Source: Candidatus Oxydemutatoraceae bacterium
Lineage (GTDB): Bacteria > Pseudomonadota > Gammaproteobacteria > Poriferisulfidales > Oxydemutatoraceae
NCBI GenBank assembly: GCA_965218975.1
Contig: OZ244717.1
Span: forward strand, 288,001-352,000
Direction: 5' to 3'
Length of the DNA stretch: 64,000 bases
Below, piece after piece: positions 41,521-58,382 of this stretch. Under the pieces are notes generated by a model. It did not search any database and was not told the DNA's origin. It worked only from the letters and a program-made list of their open reading frames with translations. The translations under genes were made by a program, and so were the position numbers. Within the stretch, counting starts at the first letter, position 1. Every line of letters starts with the position of its first letter.

Positions 41521-41909
41521 GTTTTCGCACTCTGGAATTACCCACCGTCACAATCGAGAAGGTTTGCCGGAACGATGATTGCCTGACGCTCAAGTTCCAC
41601 GGGGAAATCATCAAAACGATGGAAGGAGCCGATCAACGCACTCGTTGGCAACAGTCCGGTTCACTGATTATGCATGCCGTTCAAATCCAATCTGAGCCCA
41701 CGCTAACGCTACCTGTCGTATTAACCGGCGGTGATCTTATTGACAATATTTATGTCTACCGCAATATAATCCGATTGCCGCTGCACAGCTTCGGGAACGT
41801 CGGTTTTCGCTTGCAGCTAAAAAACAGCACAACGGATTTCGCGGCGGATGGCAGTGAAATCGAGGTTGTTTTGGATGGCGAACCCAAATACATCTGCCAC
41901 TTAGATTGA
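41517..41909 (+). CDS. hypothetical protein
   Basis: 130-aa ORF with ATGA overlap to gshA, filling the gap to pyrF; no motif recognised. Confidence 0.65.
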   Translation: MSFRTLELPTVTIEKVCRNDDCLTLKFHGEIIKTMEGADQRTRWQQSGSLIMHAVQIQSEPTLTLPVVLTGGDLIDNIYVYRNIIRLPLHSFGNVGFRLQLKNSTTDFAADGSEIEVVLDGEPKYICHLD

Positions 41910-41925
41910 CGACAAATACTATAAA

Positions 41926-42693
41926 GTGATGCCGAAGCCCACCGCTATTGCCACGCAAGACCGCTTGATTGTCGCATTAGATTTTCCCGATGCAAAACAA
42001 GCGCAGCAAATGGTTGATCAGCTCGGTTCGACAGTGTGCTTTTACAAAATTGGCTTGGAACTGTTCATGTCAGGCGACGGATTCACCTTGCTTGAGCAGT
42101 TATTGAATCAGGATAAAAAAGTATTTGTCGATCTGAAATTTTTTGACGTCCCGCAAACCGTCGCTGCCGCAGTGCGTCAACTACGCAACCGCGGCGTTAG
42201 CTTCGCAACAGTGCACGGCAATGATGCCATGCTCGCGGCAGCAGTAGCAGAAAAAAGCGCACATTTGAAATTACTTGCAGTTACCGCTTTGACAAGCCTT
42301 GACCGCGGCGATTTGAACGACTTAGGTTTTAATTGCGATATCGAAGCGCTGGTGCTGTCACGAGCAAAGCGCGCTCTAGCAATCGGTTGCGACGGCGTTG
42401 TCGCATCGGGTCTTGAAGCCCCCGGATTAAAAAAAGAATTCGCCGATCAACTGCTGATTGTTATCCCCGGGATTCGTCCGGTAGACAATGATGACGACCA
42501 AAAAAGAACTGTGGATGTAACGCAGGCATTTTGTAATGGTGCCGATTATATTGTCATCGGACGCCCGATCACTTTGGCCGACTCGCCCCTTGACGCTGCC
42601 ATGCGAATTGCAGACACTATCACACGATTCTTCGCCGAATCTGCCGAGTTAAAACAGACAGATTTTAATTATTCAACAGATAGCAAAGCATAA
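41926..42693 (+). CDS. pyrF: orotidine-5'-phosphate decarboxylase
   Basis: LIVALD, DLKFFDVPQT, PGIRP, DDQKR, VIGRPI. Confidence 0.96.
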   Translation: MMPKPTAIATQDRLIVALDFPDAKQAQQMVDQLGSTVCFYKIGLELFMSGDGFTLLEQLLNQDKKVFVDLKFFDVPQTVAAAVRQLRNRGVSFATVHGNDAMLAAAVAEKSAHLKLLAVTALTSLDRGDLNDLGFNCDIEALVLSRAKRALAIGCDGVVASGLEAPGLKKEFADQLLIVIPGIRPVDNDDDQKRTVDVTQAFCNGADYIVIGRPITLADSPLDAAMRIADTITRFFAESAELKQTDFNYSTDSKA

Positions 42694-42716
42694 TAAAAAT
42701 TAAATATAATCACGAG

Positions 42717-42911
42717 ATGGTGCAATTGCCAGCGACTGCCGAAATGCTGAAAAACGAAGTGATCCATGCGCTTCAGCGACAAAAATATACAGTTAAGCAC
42801 GATACTTTTATTGATTTCATAGAATCTTTTACTTCCGAAGCCAAAAAATTTATGCGCGATAGCTCTGAGTCGGATATATTAAAAATCAAACCCAAGTTAA
42901 TGCATGCATAA
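42717..42911 (+). pseudogene. short gene fragment at the CRISPR island border
   Basis: 64-aa AT-rich ORF; only a loose resemblance, from memory, to a DUF4338/DruA N-terminus. Confidence 0.25.
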
Positions 42912-42920
42912 GCTCAGAAA

Positions 42921-43008
42921 CATTTGGCATGTATATACTTACCGGAACATGAAAGATAGTTTTGAGAAAGATTTCAAAGAGCTGACAGAGTTTTCTTTGT
43001 TTGAGTGA
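42921..43008 (+). repeat. duplicated 5' end of the second cas3 (remnant MKDSFEKDFKELTEFSLFE*)
   Basis: 42949-42988 is identical to 51433-51472 (40 nt); the upstream sequences are also similar. Confidence 0.9.
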
Positions 43009-43091
43009 CCATTTCACCGAGAACGATACTTCTTTTGCGCTCAGCATTTGCGCAAATCTCGGCAAAACTTCGGATAGAATAAAGTATTCCT

Positions 43092-46000
43092 ATGAATGAA
43101 TATGCCCACTTCTTTACCAAAGTCAGCAAGCATGACAAGGCGCATTCGTGGCAGAAAAAACTTGCGGATTCACAAAACTGCGGCAACCGACTAATTCGTA
43201 TTCCGACGGGTTTCGGAAAGACTCTGGGCGTGCTTACAACTTGGATATGGCATCGCTTACAGCAGCGCAATGAAAAGTGGCCGCGCCGCCTAGTCTGGTG
43301 TCTGCCTATGCGCGTACTCGTCGAACAAACAGGAAACGAAGCCCGCAAGATCCTCGAAAGTGAGGATATCGATGCACTGTGGGACGGACAAGAAGGCACA
43401 CACGACGGCAAGGTAGGTGTTCACTTGCTTATGGGGGGCACCGATACAGGTCAGTGGTACCTATATCCCGAATACGACGCGGTGCTGATCGGCACGCAGG
43501 ACATGCTACTTTCCCGCGCCATGAATCGTGGCTATGCCTGTCCCAGAGCGCGTTGGCCTATGGAGTTCGGGTTACTGAATCAAGACACTCTGTGGGTGAT
43601 GGACGAAGTGCAGCTAATGGATGTGGGCTTGGCTACTTCGGGGCAGCTTCAGGCGTTTCGAAGCAAAGACCGAAATGACGGGAAGTCGCTGCGACCCTGT
43701 TTCACATGGTGGATGAGCGCGACATTGCAGCAAGCCTGGTTGGAGAAGAGTCCGGACACGGCCGATTTGACCGAAGAGCTGGCTGGGAATAAGCACTGCA
43801 TCGGATCCGAGGATCGGGTAGGACATCTATGGAATAACGTTACCAAAACTCTGAAAATCAATCAGTTTTCCGATCAGAAGAAACTCGCTCAGACCGTTAT
43901 TGAACAACACAAGGAAGGATTAACGTTGGTCGTGCTCAATACGGTGGAGCGAGCCGTCGGAGCCTGGAAGGTGCTTCGGCAAGACAAGACGCTGAAGGAC
44001 GCAAGTACGGACATTCGTTTGATTCATAGTCGATTCCGCCCCGCCGAGCGACGGGCTTGGCGTGAAGAATTTCTCAACCGCGAAGCTTGTGGCCCGGGCA
44101 CGAATCGCATTATCGTTTCTACGCAGGTGGTGGAAGCCGGTGTGGATATCTCGGCATCTCTTCTGATTACCGAGCTTGCCCCATGGCCAAGCTTGATTCA
44201 GAGATTCGGTCGTTGCGCGCGATGGGGTGGTACAGGCCAAGTCATCGTCGCAGATTTCGGGTACGACAGTGACGAGAAAGCCGCTCCCTACTCAAAGGAT
44301 GAACTCGATGCCTCGCGCGATGCCTGCCAGGCATTACCGGATGCCGGGCCGAACCATCTCGAACAATTCGAAGAAAAGAATGGCGCATTACTGCCGCGCC
44401 TCTATCCCTATGAACCCGCTCATCTGTTACTACGCCACGAATTGGATGAATTATTCGATACCTCACCTGATTTGTCGGGAGCGGATATCGACATCAGCCG
44501 CTTTATTCGGTCAGGTAACGAACGCGACGTGCAAGTATTTTGGGCCGAGGTTGCCGACGATGATCCGCCGTCGAACATGAAGCCAACAAGAGATGAACTC
44601 TGTAGTATTCCTTTCCTAAAGACTCGTGACTGGTTGTGCAAACCAAAATCAGAGAATCTGAAACCAGGCGTCCAAGCATGGGTTTGGGATTGGCTGGATC
44701 GCAAATGGCGTAAAGTCAGCCGCCGCGACATCTATCCCGGACAGACGGTGCTGATCGAGAGTACCGTCGGAGGTTATCGCAACGATCGCGGATGGGACCC
44801 GGAGTCCGAGGAACGGGTTAAGCCCATACAGTCGGACTACGCAATCCGGCACAAGAAGAAACTCTGCTGGAAACGACGTAACGGTGGTTGGCAACCTGGC
44901 GAAACCCGGCGGCTCATTCGTGTACCTAAGTCGGAAAATGATGCAAACGCCGCTGAAGCCGATGAATTCCTCAAGCCGGAAGATGATGCGGACGCCGCCG
45001 AAGATGATGAATCCCTGAGCATCACCGATAATTGGCAAACCATTGCCAGTCATGGCTTGGAGGTCGGCAAAAAGGTCCAATGTATCGCAGAGCAAATGCA
45101 GGTTGAGCCGAACTTCGCTAGGCTGCTACATCTTGCCGGGCGTTGGCACGATCTCGGTAAAGCTCATCCTGCGTTCCAGAGTTCCATTCAGGCAGATACC
45201 CGCCCCGAGCGGGAAGACATTGCCAAAGCTCCCGATATCGCCTGGCCGTGCAGCTTCAATAATTTGTACCGTATCAACGCCGGTGATCAACGACGCGGTT
45301 TCCGCCATGAGCTGGCGAGCACGCTCGGCTTGTTCGGCGTGCTGCAACGGCACAATCCCGAACACCAAGCTTTACTTGGCCCTTGGCGCAAGTGGTTTGA
45401 TGCAATGAATGAAGTCAATCAAAACGCTATTGAATCGTCGGATGAGTCTGTCAATGGTAATGACATTTCCGAGCCTACGGCCATTGAACAGGAAATACTC
45501 AATCTTACTGCTCAAGAGTTTGATTTGCTTGCCTATCTGATTTGTTCCCATCACGGTAAAGTGCGCATGGCCTGGCATGCAAGTTCTTCCGACCAGAAAG
45601 CCGATGATAGCCGAGTGCGTATTCGTGGCATCCGGGAAGGCGATATTTTGCCTCCTGTGCAGCTGGCTGCTGTTGATGGCAGTTTTCATCAGTTGCCGGC
45701 TACCGAACTTGACCTGGCACCGTCAGAAATGGGTTTGAGCCTCCGAACCGGCAGGAGCTGGTCCGAGCGCGTATTAAGTCTTGTTGAACGCTTCGGGCCG
45801 TTCAATCTGGCTTGGCTGGAAGCTGCGTTGCGCTCAGCTGATATGCGTGCCTCGCGACAGGTGGCTACGGAAGATCCATTATTGCAAAAGCAGGAGAATT
45901 ACCACGCGAAGCATCAGTTGGATATAGATTCGGAAACGGTTCGGGTGCCGTATTCGGCCACCCGCTACGTTAAGACTTCTATCGGCATCCTGAGCCACCA

Positions 46001-46411
46001 AAAACTTGTTTCACTGCTGACTGAACGGATTGCCGATATCGAACAGGCTATTGCTAAGCGAGCGCTTGCGGGGCTGCGCATCTATGATCTCTTGCCGGAG
46101 CTGCACCGACGCATTTGCGCTAACTTGACTCCGAATATCGCCGGGCATTGGCGTTCTCGGGATGTTCGTGCCGGCAAACGCAAAGCGCCGACGTATTCGC
46201 GGATCCCAACGTTGATGCGCGACTATACCAACGATCTTGAAGCGCGTTGGAACGGTAACAATGGCAAACTTGATAAGGAACGGATTGATAGGAGCTTCGC
46301 TTTCACCGAAAATCAACTCCGCTACATTCACCCTTTCGAAGAATTCAACGACCACGTTACTCATCTGTTCCTCATTGAGATTAGGCGCCGCTTCGCGCAG
46401 AGAGGCCTGCA

Positions 46412-46415
<4 letters not shown>
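43092..46415 (+). CDS. cas3: type I-G Cas3 (helicase then HD) with C-terminal Fic-like domain
   Basis: IPTGFGKT, DEVQ, STQVVEAGVD, QRFGRCAR, WHDLGK, FRHELAS, SHHGK; C-terminal LHRRIC...WRSRDV...IHPFEEFNDH. Confidence 0.92.
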
Positions 46416-49674
<3,259 letters not shown>

Positions 49675-49679
49675 GGTGC

Positions 49680-51389
49680 ATGTCGGTATCTCTTGCTTTT
49701 CGTTTCCTTGCCGGGCGTTATCACGCGACGCCCTACGGCCACCACGTCAACGAAGGCTTGATTGAGTGGCCACCCTCTCCGTGGCGGCTGTTGCGTGCGC
49801 TGATCTCGGTCGGCTACACATCCGGCGTGTGGAATGGTACCGGCTTGTTGCCTGAGGCTCGCAGCTTGATTGAAAATCTGTCCGCCGAGCTGCCGCGCTA
49901 CTTTATCCCACCTATGGTTGGCACTCACAGCCGTCATTACATGCCGATTGGTGCACTGGATGAGAAGAAAATCGAAAAGACGACCCTGGTGTTCGACACC
50001 TGGGCGCGGGTTAAAGACCAAGATTTGGTTGTTACTTGGTCCAACGTGCCTCTGGACGATGATGAACGTAACATGTTGGGCGTTCTGATGGAGCGGCTGA
50101 ATTACTTAGGGCGCTCGGAGAGCTGGGTCCAAGGCCGGGTAATAGGAGAAGGTGAACAGATTCCGGAAGCCAATTGTTTTCCCGAAGAATACAGAGATAA
50201 CCCCGGACACGGCTGGGAGCAGATTACCCTTCTTGCACCTAATAGCGCGTCCGATTTCAAGACTTGGCGGGAGGCACAGATCAAAGAGGCGCTGGCCAAA
50301 TTGCCTTTGCCGGAAGGAAAAAAGCCAACAAAAAAGCTGCGCAAGGATCAGGATAAAGCTAAGGCAGCTTATCCTGACGATCTGCTTGACTGCTTGCAGA
50401 AAGATACGACATGGGTGCGCTCTCACGGTTGGAATCGGCCGCCCGGCAGTCGGCGTGTCTTCTATTGGCGACCATCCAATGCCATATCGGTTGGTGCCCC
50501 GAAGGCAAGAACAGCAGCTCGACGCCAGCCACGGGTTGAAGCCATGCTTCTATCTCTCACGAATACCAGCCGCAACGACCACGCGTTGCCGCCGGTGACC
50601 AGAACTTTGCCACAGGCAGAATTGCTGCATCGCAATCTCGTCGGTATTGCAGCTAAGATGCTGAAAGCTCAGCAACAAGAAAAGCATGAGGAATTGCTAT
50701 CACCTGAACTGACCGGGCGCGACGACAACCGCCGACCGCTTCGAGGACCGCATGAACACGCACACATCAATCCTCTTGATCTCGACGGCGACGGGCACCT
50801 GGACCACATTCTCGTCTGGGCGCCGGGGGGACTCGGTGCCGAAGCCCAGGCGGCCATTCGCGCGGCACGGACAACTTACACCAAGGGCAGCGGCGAACCG
50901 CTGCGCCTGGCACCGGCCGTAACAGGTGACCTGCAAAATTTGGCTCGGTTGCCTCTGGAATACGGACAACGTGTCATCCGTCTTGTTTCCCGTTCGGTTT
51001 CTTCGGATGGCGCGACGGTTTGGGAATCCCTGACGCCCTTCGTTCCTCCAAGGTATCTCAAACTGCGTGGCAAAAACACATTGGAAGGACAAATACACGC
51101 CGAGCTTCAATCGAGAGGATATCCTGAACCAGCCTCGGTGCATCCATTCGCGCCAATGTTCCGGAATCAAAATGATGCCGTGTCGGCAGGTAGCGCTGCC
51201 GGCGAACGAAGCAAAACGACCTGGAGCCGTTTCCGCCATTTCAAGATCATGCGTCAACGCGGACCGACGCCACCGGTCGTATGCTGGTTTGGCATCCGGC
51301 TGGAGTTTGATCGTCCGGTCCGAGGTCCCATAGCGCTTGGATACGCCTCGCATTTTGGTCTAGGGCTGTTCACTGCTGTTGACCCATAA
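49680..51389 (+). CDS. csb2: type I-G Csb2 (Cas5-Cas6 fusion), module 1
   Basis: GRYHATP, EWPPSPWRLLRAL, YLGRSESW, C-terminal GPIALGYASHFGLGLF. Confidence 0.9.
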   Translation: MSVSLAFRFLAGRYHATPYGHHVNEGLIEWPPSPWRLLRALISVGYTSGVWNGTGLLPEARSLIENLSAELPRYFIPPMVGTHSRHYMPIGALDEKKIEKTTLVFDTWARVKDQDLVVTWSNVPLDDDERNMLGVLMERLNYLGRSESWVQGRVIGEGEQIPEANCFPEEYRDNPGHGWEQITLLAPNSASDFKTWREAQIKEALAKLPLPEGKKPTKKLRKDQDKAKAAYPDDLLDCLQKDTTWVRSHGWNRPPGSRRVFYWRPSNAISVGAPKARTAARRQPRVEAMLLSLTNTSRNDHALPPVTRTLPQAELLHRNLVGIAAKMLKAQQQEKHEELLSPELTGRDDNRRPLRGPHEHAHINPLDLDGDGHLDHILVWAPGGLGAEAQAAIRAARTTYTKGSGEPLRLAPAVTGDLQNLARLPLEYGQRVIRLVSRSVSSDGATVWESLTPFVPPRYLKLRGKNTLEGQIHAELQSRGYPEPASVHPFAPMFRNQNDAVSAGSAAGERSKTTWSRFRHFKIMRQRGPTPPVVCWFGIRLEFDRPVRGPIALGYASHFGLGLFTAVDP

Positions 51390-51432
51390 ACAGCAGCGTT
51401 GAATAGCATTTGACGTATATACTTATCGGAAT

Positions 51433-54185
51433 ATGAAAGATAGTTTTGAGAAAGATTTCAAAGAGCTGACAGGATTTCCTCCGTTCAAATGGCAGAAACG
51501 CCTTTTCTATGAGCGTTTCGCCAAAGGTGATATTCCTTCTGCGCTCGACATCCCGACAGGTCTCGGCAAGACTTCGGTGATGGTAATCTGGTATTTGGCC
51601 CGGAAGGCCAAAGCTGCATTGCCCCGGCGTTTAGTTTATGTGGTTGATAGACGGGCAGTCGTTGATCAGGCGACAACTGTGGCCGATGAAATTAAAAAGA
51701 AATCAAAGGACGATACATTGCGGGTGAGCACGCTGCGCGGTCAACATGTGGATAATCGGGAATGGCTTGCGGACCCAGTTGCGCCGGCCATTATTGTCGG
51801 CACCGTTGATATGATCGGCTCACGGCTGTTGTTCTCGGGTTACGGCGTATCACGCAAGATGCGCCCCTATCATGCGGGTCTGCTCGGAGCGGATACGCTC
51901 GTCGTGCTTGACGAAGCGCATTTGGTTCCACCGTTTGAAAAACTTCTCGAAAAGATTGCGAAGATTGTGAACGGAGCCAACGTATTCGGTCCGCGCGAGC
52001 AAGAGGACCGAAGAATAACGCCGCCCCTCAAGTTGCTTTCGCTGTCGGCTACAGGACGTGAAAATGATCAAAGCAGAAAAGGAGGATTCTCGCTTCTTCG
52101 CGAAGACTGGGAAGATGAAGTTGTTAAGAAGCGTCTGGAAGCACGAAAACGACTTACGATCCAAGTGCTCAATGATGCAGAAAAGCTGGCACAGGAGCTG
52201 GCCGAGCGGGCATGGAAACTTGGAGAGAAGCCGGCACGTGTGCTCGTTTATTGCGATCGCAGAAAAGATGCTGTGGAAGTAAAGAATAAAATTGATAAGA
52301 AGTTTGAGAAAGGAACCCCCGAACCTGTTTCCGAACTTTTGGTCGGCGGGCGGCGTGTGTTTGAGCGGCAAACGCTTTCTGACTGGTTGAAAGAGTACGG
52401 TTTCTTTGGCGATGCCAAAGGATCGCCAAAGCAGCCGACTTTTCTGATTGCGACCTCAGCCGGTGAAGTAGGCGTTGATCTTGATGCGGACCACATGGTG
52501 TGCGATTTGGTCGAGTGGGAGCGCATGGTGCAGCGCCTTGGCCGTGTGAATCGGCGCGGCAACGGGGATGCCCGTATTGAGGTCGTTGCCGCGCCCCGCA
52601 CGGAAAAGCCCAGCAATCAAAAAAAGGCCAAAGAGTGGGAGAAACTCTTGGCCTGTTTCCGCAAGCCGCTGGACAGCCTGCGTTGTGTCGGCGTACAGGA
52701 CGAACGGGACGCGAGCCCGGGTGCGCTCCTGGAACTCAAAGAACGCGCGGAAAATCATTCGGAACTACGAAACGCGATTGAAGCGGCAACAACACCGGTC
52801 CCGTTGCGGCCGGCATTGACTCGTGCCCTCGTTGATGCGTGGTCTATGACCTCGTTGGACGAGCATACGGGGCGACCGGACGATATTCAGCCGTGGCTGC
52901 GCGGATGGGAGGAAGATCCACAACCGCAAACTACGGTTGTCTGGCGCAAGTATCTGCCGGTACGCGCAAATGGGACCGAGACGGAGGCAACGAAGAAAGA
53001 AATTGAAGCATTTTTTGAAGCAGCGCCTCCGCATACGAGCGAGAAACTTGAAATCGAGACTGGTAAAATTGTTGGATGGTTTTCCGAACGTGCCGAGAAA
53101 CAATTCCAAATAAAGAAAACCGTCGACTCGGCGGCAGAACCAAGCGAATCCGACGACAACTCCATCGCAGATATTCAACCGTTACTGAAGAAAGATATTT
53201 GTGCCTATGTCCTGTCGCCTGCTCACGATTTGCTCTCTATACTTAAAGGGCATGACTGCGATAATAATACGAAGGTTAAAGAATACATTCTTCCCGGTTC
53301 CACGCTCATAGTGGACGCGCGCTTTGGTGGTCTTTCAGAAGAAGGGATGCTTGCAGAAGAGGGGATGCTTGATGAGAATGCTAGCGGTCCGCCGCGCACG
53401 ATTGACGACGATGAAAATTGGCTGCCTGACGATGGAGAGGGCAAGCCAACCATAAGGTTCCGTGTGCGACACGTTACTGGCGTTACTGAAAGTGACAGCA
53501 CCGAGTCAAAACCAGACTCAGGTTGGCGGGAGCGGCTGAGGTTTGATCTTAAACGTAGCGAGGAAGGCGAAGCTACCAAGTGGCTGCTCGTTGAGAAATG
53601 GCGCGACGACTCCGAAACCGGGGACGACCGTTCCATAGGTAGGTTGCAAGAATTGTGTGAGCATCACGCCTGGACGGAAGCCAAGGCGCGTAAAATAGCC
53701 AACGCTTTAGATCTGCCTGACTCCCACATTGAATTGCTAGCCGTTGCGGCACGACTGCACGATAAAGGAAAGCAACACTCATTGTGGCAACGGGCTGCCA
53801 AGGCCCCGCAGGACGGTAAAATTTATGCAAAGACGGATAAACGGATGAATGTTAATTTGCTGAATAAATATCGTCATGAATTCGGCTCGCTTCCGTTCGC
53901 TAAAGAAGATGCAGATTTTAAGGCTTTGCCTGCTGACTTGCAGGAACTTTCTCTGCATTTGATCGCGACACATCACGGTTATGCGCGGCCTGTCATTTCT
54001 ACTAGCGGTTGCGACGACCCTCCTTCTGTTCTTGAAAAACGCGCCCGCGATGTTGCACTACGATTCGCCCAAATGCAGAAGCGATGGGGGCCTTGGGGAT
54101 TGGCCTGGTGGGAATCATTGTTGCGCGCCGCAGACCAACAAGCCTCACGCGATAATGATGACCCCAATCGAAAGAAGGATAACTA

Positions 54186-54186
<1 letters not shown>
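51433..54186 (+). CDS. cas3: second type I-G Cas3 (helicase then HD)
   Basis: IPTGLGKT, VVDRR, DEAH, TSAGEVGVD, QRLGRVNR, LHDKGK, YRHEFGS, HHGYARP. Confidence 0.93.
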
Positions 54187-56160
<1,974 letters not shown>

Positions 56161-56192
56161 CAAGAATCTCATTTAAGTTTCTTGAGTTAACT

Positions 56193-58382
56193 ATGAATCG
56201 GACACTTCTCCTCTCGGCTTATTTTCATGACGGTCGCTATCACGGTGAATGTGGGCATGGCAGCAGCGAGTGGCCTCCAGCACCGGCGAGACTATTTCAG
56301 GCGCTGGTTGCCGGTGCCGCAAGAGGTGCCGAATTAGCTGGCAGGGACGAAACGGCGCTTGAATGGCTTGAGAAGCTTGGAGCACCGGTGATTGCCGCAC
56401 CAACCGTTCGCCGGGGCCAACTCTACAAAATCTATGTGCCGAATAACGATCTCGACGCGGTCGGCGGTGACCCGAGGAAAATCAACCAGATTCGAGTCGG
56501 GAAGTACGTACATCCACATATTTTCGATGCGAGAATACCACTACTCTTCGTCTGGACATTCAATAGCGGTGCATTCAGCGAAGATCATGCTCAAGCCGTC
56601 TGCCAAATCGCGGAGCAACTCTATCAATTGGGGCGAGGCATTGACATGGCTTGGGCTTCGGCAGAGCTTCTGGACGCAGGCGAAGTTGAAACACGCCTCA
56701 ATCGTCATGGCGGTGTTGTGTATCGGCCGAGCAAAGCTGGAGTCGGCAAGATGTTGTTGTTCTGTCCAAAGAAAGGATCATTTGCGAGCCTCAAAGAGCG
56801 ATACGATGCGAACAGGAAACGCTTCACCTATATAAGAAAGGGTAGGGGGTTTCAGCAACTTTTCTCTCAGCCACCTAAGCCACGGTTTGCCAGGGTCGCG
56901 TATAACGCTCCACCTCAGCGTTTTCTATTTGAGCTACGTGCAGCTACGCACAATGAATCTTTTGTGACATGGCCATCCGCTCGAACGGTTGAGCTCGTTG
57001 TAGCTTTGCGGGATAAAGCAGCTGATAAATTGAAAGACAAACTACCCGAAGAGGCTGGAAAGATTGACCGCGTATTTATAGGCTGTGAGGCAACGGAGGC
57101 AGACAAAGCTGCCCGGATACGGATTTTACCGCTTCCTTCTATTGGTCATATCCATGCGGATCGTGCGATTCGCCGGGTACTGGTTGAAGTACCGCCAAAT
57201 TGCCCGCTACGCTCGGATGACGTAGCTTGGACATTTTCCGGCCTTCCTGAGGTTGACCGAACGACCAGAGAAATCCTATGGAATCTTGTGCAGACACAAG
57301 AACGGATGATGCTCAAACACTATGGAATTAATAGCAGTAAACAACAGAGCTTCCGTGTCTGGCATACGGTTACTCCCGCGGCTCTGCCGGTCATGCGGAC
57401 AGGACGCAGAAATTCCGGAGCCAAACGTGTTGCAAGGGAAGCGAAAGTAACTCGCGCTGTTATGCAAGCGCTACGTCATGCCGGAGTGACAGAACCGGTA
57501 GAGTCTGTTCGCGTGCAACGCGAACCGTTTGATCGCAATGGTTCCCGGGCAGAAGAGTTTGCGATACCCGAGCGATTTGTCGCACGTGGTCTACATCACG
57601 TGGAGATTACTTTTGCGCGAGCCATACGCGGTCCTCTTATTATCGGGAACGGCCGCTATCTTGGGCTAGGGCTGATGGCGCCGCGAGAGATCGTCGTGCG
57701 TGACGCGCTGGCTTTTCCAATAACGCCAAATATCGCTGTCGCCGATACTGCGCTGTTGTTACGTTCGGTCAGGCGCGCATTGATGGCATTGTCGCGAGAC
57801 GGTGCTAATGGGCATGTCCCTCGACTTTTCTCCGGGCATGAGCCCGATGGCGCACCGGCAAAATCCGGTGGACATGATCATATTTTTCTTGCCGCGGATG
57901 ACGTTGACAGAGACGGACTCATTGAGCGGTTGATTGTTGCTGCGCCATGGGTTTGCGACCACACCACCAAGGAAACTCTTAAGGATCGCACTTGCTTTGA
58001 TAGAGTATCCAGGCAGTTAACCAACGTTCGAGCCGGCAGACTCGGCATTCTTACTATTGGTCCCGCACAGACTCTGACGGTCGGCGACCCACTTGTCGGG
58101 CCTGCCTGCGTATGGGAAAGTCGTAGCCCTTATCGCCCGACACGCCATGCCGGGCGAGGCAAAGATTTAGATGCTGCTGTCGCACGCGACATAATCGCCG
58201 AATGCGAACGTCGCGGCTTGCCTAAGCCTGAAGTCGAATTGTTAGAGCTCAACGCCGGTCCAAACGGCGGCAATCTAACTGCTCGCGCACGTCTTCGTTT
58301 TGCTGTAGCAGTTACGAAACCGATCATGCTCGGATGTGACAGCCACAGAGGCGGAGGCCTTTTTTCCGCCGTGAGCGGATAA
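56193..58382 (+). CDS. csb2: extended type I-G Csb2, module 2
   Basis: HDGRYHG, EWPPAPARLFQALVAG, YVPNND, LGRGIDMA; two G-rich loops (GNGRYLGLGL and GCDSHRGGGLF). Confidence 0.88.
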   Translation: MNRTLLLSAYFHDGRYHGECGHGSSEWPPAPARLFQALVAGAARGAELAGRDETALEWLEKLGAPVIAAPTVRRGQLYKIYVPNNDLDAVGGDPRKINQIRVGKYVHPHIFDARIPLLFVWTFNSGAFSEDHAQAVCQIAEQLYQLGRGIDMAWASAELLDAGEVETRLNRHGGVVYRPSKAGVGKMLLFCPKKGSFASLKERYDANRKRFTYIRKGRGFQQLFSQPPKPRFARVAYNAPPQRFLFELRAATHNESFVTWPSARTVELVVALRDKAADKLKDKLPEEAGKIDRVFIGCEATEADKAARIRILPLPSIGHIHADRAIRRVLVEVPPNCPLRSDDVAWTFSGLPEVDRTTREILWNLVQTQERMMLKHYGINSSKQQSFRVWHTVTPAALPVMRTGRRNSGAKRVAREAKVTRAVMQALRHAGVTEPVESVRVQREPFDRNGSRAEEFAIPERFVARGLHHVEITFARAIRGPLIIGNGRYLGLGLMAPREIVVRDALAFPITPNIAVADTALLLRSVRRALMALSRDGANGHVPRLFSGHEPDGAPAKSGGHDHIFLAADDVDRDGLIERLIVAAPWVCDHTTKETLKDRTCFDRVSRQLTNVRAGRLGILTIGPAQTLTVGDPLVGPACVWESRSPYRPTRHAGRGKDLDAAVARDIIAECERRGLPKPEVELLELNAGPNGGNLTARARLRFAVAVTKPIMLGCDSHRGGGLFSAVSG

